From NCBI GenBank assembly GCA_949288455.1, contig CASEKF010000015.1, positions 18,132 to 82,131 of the forward strand: DNA of 64,000 nucleotides, written 5' to 3'. The position numbers and the translations under genes were made by a program. The notes under the pieces are model-generated. The model was not told where the DNA came from, searched no databases, and was given only the letters and a program-made list of their open reading frames with translations. Below are positions 57,509 to 64,000 of this stretch, piece by piece; position 1 is the first letter of the stretch; every line of letters starts with the position of its first letter. The DNA comes from an uncultured bacterium. GTDB lineage: Bacteria; Vulcanimicrobiota; CADAWZ01.

Positions 57509-58647
57509 TATATAAATATACTTCCGACTCTTTTTTCAGGGAAATAAAACTGTTTTTCCACGATGCGGAAACCGTATTGGATATAGGCTGCGGAGTGCGG
57601 CCGTGTTTGGATATTATTCCCAAAACTCATATTTGCCTGGATCCCAGCAAAGAATATATGGATATTCTGAAATCTTGTCATCCTAAAAATACTCAATACA
57701 TATTTTTAAATACGGACGCGTTAACAGGATTAAAAACCTTTGCCGATCTAAGCGTAGATACAGTTTTGGCTCTGGATCTAATAGAACATCTTAAGAAAGA
57801 AGACGGATTTGAGCTTTTAAAAGAAGCGGATAGAGTAGCTAAAAAACAAATTATATTTTTTACGCCTTTAGGCTTCGTTTCAAACGAACAAACAGACTCG
57901 GATACCGACGCATGGGGACTTCATGGAAAAGAACTGCAAAAACACAGAAGCGGTTGGCTCCCCGAGGATTTCGGCGACGCCTATGATTTTCATATCTGCG
58001 AAACGCTGTACAAGAAAGAAACTCATACGGCTAAGGTAGATAAAGATTTCGGAGCGTTTTACGCAATTAAAAATAAATTCTATAAAGAAACCTCTCCCCT
58101 TCCCGAAACTCCGTTATTCGTTAAAGAAGCGGCTCAGAAACAAGAGCCGAATTTTTATGACAAAATTCTGCAAAGCAAGGAAGCGCAAATTAAAAATCAA
58201 AACGAACTACTTAAAAATCAAAATGAACAGATTAAAAATCAAAGCGAACAGATTAAAATTCTAAACGAACAGATCAAAAATCAAAACGAACAATTAGAGA
58301 AAATAAATTTATCATTAGCAATAATACGAAAACATCCGTACTTCAAACTACGACGGCTAGCTAAAAAATATATTATCAGGCCTATAAAAAGTCTAATAAA
58401 CGACGAAGTAAAAACGGTAAGCAATTCCGCGTTTTTCAATAAAAAATGGTATCTTGAAGAATATGACGACGTAAGAAAAGCTAGTATGGATCCCGCGAAA
58501 CATTACGTTAAATTCGGGTGGAAAGAAGGAAGAAATCCCGGGCCCGACTTTAACGGCGAAGACTACCTCGATAAAAGACCCGACGTGCGGGAAGAAGAAA
58601 TGTGCCCTCTGTATCACTATGAAAAATTCGGAAAATACGAAATATAA
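57505..58647 (+). CDS. class I SAM-dependent methyltransferase - coiled coil - conserved C-terminal tandem-motif domain
   Basis: ATGA stop/start overlap with the cupin gene. SAM motif I VLDIGCGVRP. Heptad repeats QIKNQNE. C-terminus SAFFNKKWYLEEYDDVRKASMDPAKHYVKFGWKEGRNPGPDFNGEDYLDKRPDVREEEMCPLYHYEKFGKYEI. Confidence 0.7.
   Translation: MIYKYTSDSFFREIKLFFHDAETVLDIGCGVRPCLDIIPKTHICLDPSKEYMDILKSCHPKNTQYIFLNTDALTGLKTFADLSVDTVLALDLIEHLKKEDGFELLKEADRVAKKQIIFFTPLGFVSNEQTDSDTDAWGLHGKELQKHRSGWLPEDFGDAYDFHICETLYKKETHTAKVDKDFGAFYAIKNKFYKETSPLPETPLFVKEAAQKQEPNFYDKILQSKEAQIKNQNELLKNQNEQIKNQSEQIKILNEQIKNQNEQLEKINLSLAIIRKHPYFKLRRLAKKYIIRPIKSLINDEVKTVSNSAFFNKKWYLEEYDDVRKASMDPAKHYVKFGWKEGRNPGPDFNGEDYLDKRPDVREEEMCPLYHYEKFGKYEI
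58186..58311 (+). repeat. six imperfect tandem 21-bp repeats encoding heptads (QIKNQNE)n
   Basis: Units start at 58186, 58207, 58228, 58249, 58270 and 58291: caaattaaaaatcaaaacgaa / ctacttaaaaatcaaaatgaa / cagattaaaaatcaaagcgaa / cagattaaaattctaaacgaa / cagatcaaaaatcaaaacgaa / caattagagaaaataaattta. Confidence 0.85.
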
Positions 58648-58660
58648 AACGTTTTGAATT

Positions 58661-59443
58661 TTAGGGGTTATATTTTCCAAATAAATTTAAGACCAAAATT
58701 TTCATAAGTTCAAAATTTCCTTTAAAAAAAGAAATTTTAGTAGGAGTCTTGCCGGTTTTAGGATATTCCCGCGATACGGGAATTTCGCAAACCTTCATGT
58801 TAAGCTGGGACGCTCTGGAAGATAAATACGCTAAAAGTTCGTAACCCGAAAAAATATCTCGCAAAGGTTGTACTCTTTCGTCTTGAAGGTAAGCGGACGA
58901 ATATCCTCTATAAGCGTTGGTAGTATCCGTAAAGCGTTTGCCTGCGGTTAGGGAAATAATAGGAGCATGGATCAACCTCACGGCTAAATAACGTATCCAA
59001 GGAGTATTTACGGCTCGGCCGCCTTGTATAAATCTTGAGCCTTGTATAAAATCATAGCCTTCCCGTAATTTTTCAACGAATAAAGGCACGTCTTCCACGC
59101 TGTCTTTATTGTTTCCGTCTATAGTTATAATGCCGTTATATCCTCTTTTAAGGGCCCAGCTTATGCCCATTCTTAGCTGAGCTCCCTGTTTCCCCGCGTC
59201 TTCTTTGACAAGAAGAGCGTTGACTCCATACTTTTTTAACGCGACTTCGTCCGTAGAGCCGTCCGAAGATCCTCCGTCGCATATAACCATATCGACTTTT
59301 TCATGAATTCCTTTAACAAAGGCCCGTTCAAGTTCCTTATGAATGCGATCTCCTTCGTTAATTATAGGAATTAAAACGCAATAATCATTTTTTTTAGCTT
59401 CGTATTCGTACTTTTTGTATTTAGGAACTCCGCTCTCCGTCAT
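58661..59443 (-). CDS. family 2 glycosyltransferase (soluble, polyprenyl-phosphate sugar synthase-like)
   Basis: YCVLIPIINEGDRIHKEL...VICDGGSSDGS...IITIDGNNKD GT-A motifs. 4-nt overlap with the upstream gene. Confidence 0.65.
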   Translation of the reverse strand: MTESGVPKYKKYEYEAKKNDYCVLIPIINEGDRIHKELERAFVKGIHEKVDMVICDGGSSDGSTDEVALKKYGVNALLVKEDAGKQGAQLRMGISWALKRGYNGIITIDGNNKDSVEDVPLFVEKLREGYDFIQGSRFIQGGRAVNTPWIRYLAVRLIHAPIISLTAGKRFTDTTNAYRGYSSAYLQDERVQPLRDIFSGYELLAYLSSRASQLNMKVCEIPVSREYPKTGKTPTKISFFKGNFELMKILVLNLFGKYNP

Positions 59444-60273
59444 GCAAAAATCTCCGTTAAATAATCTATCGTCCTCTCAAGCTCCGATAATTCGTCGACT
59501 CTTCCCATTTCAAGAGATACGAAACCTCCGTAGTCTGCGCGGTTTAAAATATCGGCTAATTCTTTATGAAGATTTCGTTTTCGTATAATTTTAAGGTTAG
59601 GCTCGCTAATATGAACATGATTTACTAAAGAAGAATTTTCATATATCACATCTAAAGTTTCTTCGTTAGCTATAACCGTTCCTAAGTCAAGATTCAATTT
59701 AAAACCTGCCGAATCGACCAGTTTTATCAGTCTCAAAGCGTCTTCCGTAAAATTAATATAATTAGTGCCGTAAATAGCCGGATTAGCCTCCATGCCAATA
59801 ACCGTTTTTTTAGAAAACGCGTAATCGCCAAGTTTTTTAAAAAAAGACAGCGCCGATTCCGAGTCAGCTCCAGGAGGCATATTTCTATTTTTCGGGCATC
59901 CGAAAACAATATTTCCGCAGTTTACGGCCGCGGCAAAATCTATGGCTCTTTTAGCGTAAGAATATAAAAAGCCGCGTTCTTCAGGCGAAGAAAACATATT
60001 TTCCTTTCTGGCGAACCATATAGACTGCATAGAAGAAATATCCAAATTATATTCGGCTTTTAACTTGTAAGAAAACTTCTTGGCTTCGTCTAAACGCGAA
60101 TACGGATCTTCCGGAAATATTCTGGTCGGAGCTATTTCAAGACCCCGGATACTTTTTTTCTTAAGAATACCATATACTTTTTCGTCAAATTCAGAACTCC
60201 ACGCAATGTTAGATACGGATATTTTCACGATGCTCCTCCGGTTTAACAAATATTTGCGGCATAGAAACGACAA
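59440..60273 (-). CDS. xylose-isomerase-like TIM-barrel protein (sugar phosphate isomerase/epimerase family)
   Basis: 277 aa. Motifs such as GLEIAP, IGMEANP, LNLDLGT and HVHISE fit the AP-endonuclease-2/xylose-isomerase-like barrel. Confidence 0.55.
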   Translation of the reverse strand: MSFLCRKYLLNRRSIVKISVSNIAWSSEFDEKVYGILKKKSIRGLEIAPTRIFPEDPYSRLDEAKKFSYKLKAEYNLDISSMQSIWFARKENMFSSPEERGFLYSYAKRAIDFAAAVNCGNIVFGCPKNRNMPPGADSESALSFFKKLGDYAFSKKTVIGMEANPAIYGTNYINFTEDALRLIKLVDSAGFKLNLDLGTVIANEETLDVIYENSSLVNHVHISEPNLKIIRKRNLHKELADILNRADYGGFVSLEMGRVDELSELERTIDYLTEIFA

Positions 60274-60313
60274 TCGACTTCAGTCTAGAGCGACGAACAA
60301 CTTAAATTTACGT

Positions 60314-61234
60314 TTAAATTTGCGAATAATAAAAATCTTTAATATCTCGCAATATGTCGTCTTTAGTCATTATATAGCCGTTCTTCCCTCCAAATAATTC
60401 ATAGTATTTAGTTTTATAATCATAAAAAGCCGGAGAAGAAGAAAGCTCATTTTTAAAATTCAAGCCCGCGACATAATTACAAACTTCCGAAGCCGACACA
60501 GGCTCTACGGCGGGGTGCCATAAGCGTATGTTTTCTTTAAGAACGACGGTCATATCTTTATAAAGACGCTTTAAAGGATAAAATTGATAAAAACTCCCGG
60601 AATCGGTAAAATTTAACGCCGTAAAACCTATATTTTGAAAAAAAGACTTCAAAAATCTTTTCTCTTCTTGGGCCAAAGGCAAAAGCTTATAAAAACCGTT
60701 GTCTTGAAGCTCATAAAACTGACGTAAAAAGTTATTTAACGCCGAAAGCTCTGAAAATTTATCCTTTGACAGCATAAACGGAATCAAATTTATAAAATCA
60801 TATAAGAAATTCTTCTTTAAATTAACGCCGTAAAGAGCCGGAAGCCTGATTATTAAAGCGTCCGGAAACTTCGTTCTAACTTTATGTTCCAATAGGTATC
60901 GGTTATATCCGTAAGGATGAAGATTCTCGGTTTCAATAGGAGAATCTTCGTCTACGTCGACGGGCTTTTTAAAAACGTCGACGGTAGAAATCAGAACAAG
61001 TCTTTGAGGATTAATTTTTACGATATTGTTAAAGGCCTCTTCTATTAGCTCCATATCTTTTTCAGGAGCTTTATTCGCCAAATATTTTTCCGCTTTCAGT
61101 CCGGCGTAAACCAATAAATCGGGGTTCAGTCCATAAGCTTCGGATATATTTTTCGAATTATATTTTTTATCGAAATGTCCCTCCATATCAAGATTGCTTC
61201 CGACGAAGCCGGTATATCCGACAAGAGCTTCCAT
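60314..61234 (-). CDS. NAD(P)-dependent epimerase/reductase-like protein
   Basis: Preferred start MEALVGYTGFVGSNL (glycine-rich Rossmann-like motif) at ATG 61234, with ggaga 10 nt upstream. This avoids overlapping the upstream gene. Confidence 0.5.
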   Translation of the reverse strand: MEALVGYTGFVGSNLDMEGHFDKKYNSKNISEAYGLNPDLLVYAGLKAEKYLANKAPEKDMELIEEAFNNIVKINPQRLVLISTVDVFKKPVDVDEDSPIETENLHPYGYNRYLLEHKVRTKFPDALIIRLPALYGVNLKKNFLYDFINLIPFMLSKDKFSELSALNNFLRQFYELQDNGFYKLLPLAQEEKRFLKSFFQNIGFTALNFTDSGSFYQFYPLKRLYKDMTVVLKENIRLWHPAVEPVSASEVCNYVAGLNFKNELSSSPAFYDYKTKYYELFGGKNGYIMTKDDILRDIKDFYYSQI

Positions 61235-61257
61235 AAAGGCGTATTCTCCCTTCGCGA

Positions 61258-62844
61258 TTAATCTTTTCCCAAACAAGAATTTTTCTCGTCCATACAAGAC
61301 GAATTATGTATCTTAATAAAATCAAATATAAAATTTAAAATTACGTAAAAACAAATCTGAATAAAACCGAAATACCACAGAACGTAATTTATATGAGTAT
61401 GTATATAAGAATGAGCTTTACCCAAAACGAACCAAGAAACGCTTGAAAGCATAGTTAAAATATATAAAAACAATTCTTCCCAATTAAGTTTTCCCATAGA
61501 AAATCGATAAAAGAAAATCAAAACCGGCAAATATATCAATAATTTAAATAATTCTCCGGGCATTCCGAGAATGATTTGAGTATTAAAATTTAAATAAGCG
61601 GATAGAACATCAAATACGCTTGCTTTAATCGATTCTTTTACGTAAATATTATCAAATGCGTTAGGATCTCCTCCTAAAGTTCTTCTCTTAACGTCTTCGT
61701 TATATATTGAAGAAACTCCGCGAGCGACGTTTCCTTCGCCCCTCACGGTCGAAAAAAACAAAAAAGCCGCGATAAAGCCGAATAAAGCCGCGAAAGATAA
61801 AATTAGAATTCTTTTAAACAGCTTAAAATCACTTTTTTTAGCCGTTAAAGATTTAAAAAAATCGGCAAGGGGAAAAACTATTAAGGAAAACATTACCGCA
61901 GACAAAAATTCAAAGCCGCATAAAGATTTAATTAAGATAGCTAAAAAAGAAAATATATAGCAAGCTATTCTGATTTTTTTGTTTTCTATATTGTTGATAA
62001 AGTATAAACCTATCAACATCGGAAGAAACAGCAAAAAAGCGACCCAATAAAGATTTCTTCCAAAATTGACGATCCATGGAGACAAAAGAAAAACAGCGTA
62101 AAAACAAGCGGCCGCCAACGCGTTATATTTTTTATTTATCTCAATTACAGTCAAAGTAAAAATAAGAGCGGATAAAAAAGAAAGGATCAAACGCAAATCC
62201 TTTTCGGTATTAAACGGAAACATTTTGGCGTAAAAGTAATACGCGTATCCCTGCAGTCCGAAATTCGAAGGATAAGGAAAAAGCGCGGATTGAGGCAAAA
62301 GAGAGCCGTCGGAAGAATATACGTAAGTATAATCCAGGTAAGGATAAGATAAAAAAGACTCCGGAATTTTTTCTTTTATCTTAGCCGATAAATAATCGGG
62401 CGGCGATTGAACTACTTCGGAAATCGTATAATATCTCCCGAACATTTTAAGAGAATTACCCGGCTTTATAACTAACTTAGAATATTTATTAAGAAAAAAG
62501 GCTATAGAATTATCTTTTATGGAGACTCCGTTAACAAAATTATCTTTATTTAAATAATTAGGGTTCTCGGACGTAAAAGAACGTTTAAAATTATACGTCG
62601 ACGACAATCCTCCGGAACCGGGCCAAGGAGCTAAATACGCTTCCTCCTCTTTCTCTTTAAGGACGGGCAAATTTTCCCTCGCTCCGTTAACGCTGGAAAC
62701 GGCTAATTGGTCCGAATCCCATTGAAATATCACAAAATCCTTATTGTAAGGATCAAGACAGTTGGTAACGTAAACGAGCCATAGAGAAAGCGTTAAAAAA
62801 AACGCCAAAACTATTTTCGCGGCGCTGTCTTTTCGTAAAATCAT
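61258..62844 (-). CDS. polytopic membrane protein, candidate GT-C-type transferase or polymerase
   Basis: 528 aa. N-terminal TM, a ~170-aa extracytoplasmic domain, then about 9-10 TM helices. Located directly after a GtrB-like gene. Confidence 0.45.
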   Translation of the reverse strand: MILRKDSAAKIVLAFFLTLSLWLVYVTNCLDPYNKDFVIFQWDSDQLAVSSVNGARENLPVLKEKEEEAYLAPWPGSGGLSSTYNFKRSFTSENPNYLNKDNFVNGVSIKDNSIAFFLNKYSKLVIKPGNSLKMFGRYYTISEVVQSPPDYLSAKIKEKIPESFLSYPYLDYTYVYSSDGSLLPQSALFPYPSNFGLQGYAYYFYAKMFPFNTEKDLRLILSFLSALIFTLTVIEINKKYNALAAACFYAVFLLSPWIVNFGRNLYWVAFLLFLPMLIGLYFINNIENKKIRIACYIFSFLAILIKSLCGFEFLSAVMFSLIVFPLADFFKSLTAKKSDFKLFKRILILSFAALFGFIAAFLFFSTVRGEGNVARGVSSIYNEDVKRRTLGGDPNAFDNIYVKESIKASVFDVLSAYLNFNTQIILGMPGELFKLLIYLPVLIFFYRFSMGKLNWEELFLYILTMLSSVSWFVLGKAHSYIHTHINYVLWYFGFIQICFYVILNFIFDFIKIHNSSCMDEKNSCLGKD

Positions 62845-62859
62845 AGAAAGCCTCTGATA

Positions 62860-63807
62860 TTAACAAGTAAGTTTTTCGATACTTTTAAAATTATATTTCT
62901 GTTTTTTAAATAATAAATCGACGATTATCGCAAGATATTTAATAACGACAGTCAATATGCCGAATAAACCGAAAAACGCAAACGAAAGAAAAAGCATCGT
63001 AGTAGTCCAACCTGCGGCAGGATCGGCGAAAATAAAGACAACCAGAGCGTATCCTCCAATTAAAAGCGCTATCGTCATCATTATAAAAGTCATAGCCAGC
63101 GCAAATCTGTATCCGAAATCGGTAAAAAGAAGTATAGCGTTTACCGCAAGATCTTTTCGATAGGTTTCGTATCGTTTGTCTTTTTTCTTGCGCAAAACCG
63201 AGGTGAGAGGCGCATATTCCAAAACGAGAGAATTTAAGCCCGAATTTTGATATATAATTTTTCTGTAAGGAATAGTCTTATGTATCTGATTTATACGATT
63301 AATAGCTCTTCTGGACAATATGCGGAAAGTTTCGCTCTTCATATGCCCGCCGAAAGGAAGCAGTTTGTTCAACAGTCGATAAAAGAATCTGGAGGAACGC
63401 CTTTCTTTATTCTTAGGCGAAGCGGAAACTATATCGTTTCCTTTAAGAGACGCATAATAAACGTCCATTATAAAAGACGGATCATAATCCGCATCCGAGC
63501 TGTCAAATTCGAAAACAAAATCGCCTATAGCCAAATCCACCCCCGCGTTCATAGAAAGTTCCAAACCATGGAAATAACTCATATTAAGAAGAGTAGCCGA
63601 AGAAGAGGCGAACTTACCGGCAAAAGCTTTTATTTTTTCAACGCTTAAATCTCCTGAATCGTCGTTTACCAGTATAATTTCAAATTTGTCAAAATTTTCG
63701 TTTAATATATCGTAAATTGAAGTTAAAAAATCAAAAATTTCATTTTCGTTATCTCTTACATATATGACTGCGGATATAAAATTTTTCTCTTTCTCGATTC
63801 TCTCCAT
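62860..63807 (-). CDS. GtrB/ArnC-like family 2 glycosyltransferase (polyprenyl-phosphate glycosyltransferase) with two C-terminal TM helices
   Basis: ISAVIYVRDNENEI...FEIILVNDDSGD GT-A N-terminus. C-terminal helices FALAMTFIMMTIALLIGGYALVVFIF and MLFLSFAFFGLFGILTVVIKYLAIIV. Confidence 0.75.
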   Translation of the reverse strand: MERIEKEKNFISAVIYVRDNENEIFDFLTSIYDILNENFDKFEIILVNDDSGDLSVEKIKAFAGKFASSSATLLNMSYFHGLELSMNAGVDLAIGDFVFEFDSSDADYDPSFIMDVYYASLKGNDIVSASPKNKERRSSRFFYRLLNKLLPFGGHMKSETFRILSRRAINRINQIHKTIPYRKIIYQNSGLNSLVLEYAPLTSVLRKKKDKRYETYRKDLAVNAILLFTDFGYRFALAMTFIMMTIALLIGGYALVVFIFADPAAGWTTTMLFLSFAFFGLFGILTVVIKYLAIIVDLLFKKQKYNFKSIEKLTC

Positions 63808-63809
63808 AC

Positions 63810-64000
63810 TTATAAAACCTCATCCAAATCGTAGACCGTATTAATTTTACCCGAAAGGACGCTTATAAAGCAAGGTTTTTCCGAATGACGCCTTATAACG
63901 GTAGGTCTCGAATCGTCGATCTCCGAACTTTTTAAAATAGGCTTCATTGAAAAAAGAGAGTATTTATACTTAAAATCAAGGTCGTCTATCAAATACTTTT
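63810..64000 (-). CDS. C-terminal end of an unidentified protein (frame open to window edge)
   Basis: The reading frame stays open past the TTG at 63992 to position 64000. The stop lies 2 nt upstream of the next gene start. No recognisable motif. Confidence 0.3.
   Translation of the reverse strand, partial: KYLIDDLDFKYKYSLFSMKPILKSSEIDDSRPTVIRRHSEKPCFISVLSGKINTVYDLDEVL

Overview
AT-rich bacterial chromosomal window with diderm-type gene content (TolC-family channel, MacAB-like efflux, GldG-type ABC accessory protein). It is densely packed, operon-organised and mostly housekeeping or envelope genes. From the left: an F-type ATP synthase operon atpI-B-E-F-H-A on the minus strand (atpA runs off the window), a small secreted protein, a clostripain (C11)-like peptidase, a DUF2339-like polytopic protein, and a Cache/HAMP HD-GYP phosphodiesterase. 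Next come a stand-alone tRNA-Leu(GAG) with its own promoter and terminator, a 1950-aa Ser/Thr kinase embedded in TPR arrays, and rmlC. A gldA/gldF/gldG-like ABC-2 cluster with a DUF4340-like gene follows, tightly trailed by a mini RTX beta-roll protein, an HExxH protein and a GNAT. Then come a fused sugar-1-P nucleotidyltransferase/phosphohexomutase, a TolC-adaptor-ATPase-FtsX-FtsX efflux operon, and a split methylmalonyl-CoA mutase with MeaB. The right 20 kb (about 43.9-64 kb) is a glycan-biosynthesis island. Its plus-strand block holds at least seven glycosyltransferase modules, a CapE/FnlA-type 6-deoxy-hexosamine pathway and a methyltransferase. It converges on a minus-strand block with a GtrB-like polyprenyl-P glycosyltransferase, a polytopic membrane protein, an SDR, a TIM-barrel isomerase and a GT2. 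I saw no CRISPR array, rRNA, transposase or integrase. Most worth follow-up: (1) a conserved ~70-aa tandem-motif domain at the extreme C-terminus of three otherwise unrelated glycan enzymes, preceded by coiled coils, one of which is encoded by 21-bp tandem repeats; (2) a perfect 64-bp loop-less palindrome in a divergent promoter region; (3) a Na+-type ligand signature plus a signal-peptide-like extension in the ATP synthase c subunit; (4) an ~84-codon DFG-to-APE segment in the giant non-RD kinase. All family assignments come from motif recognition by eye. No database search was run.
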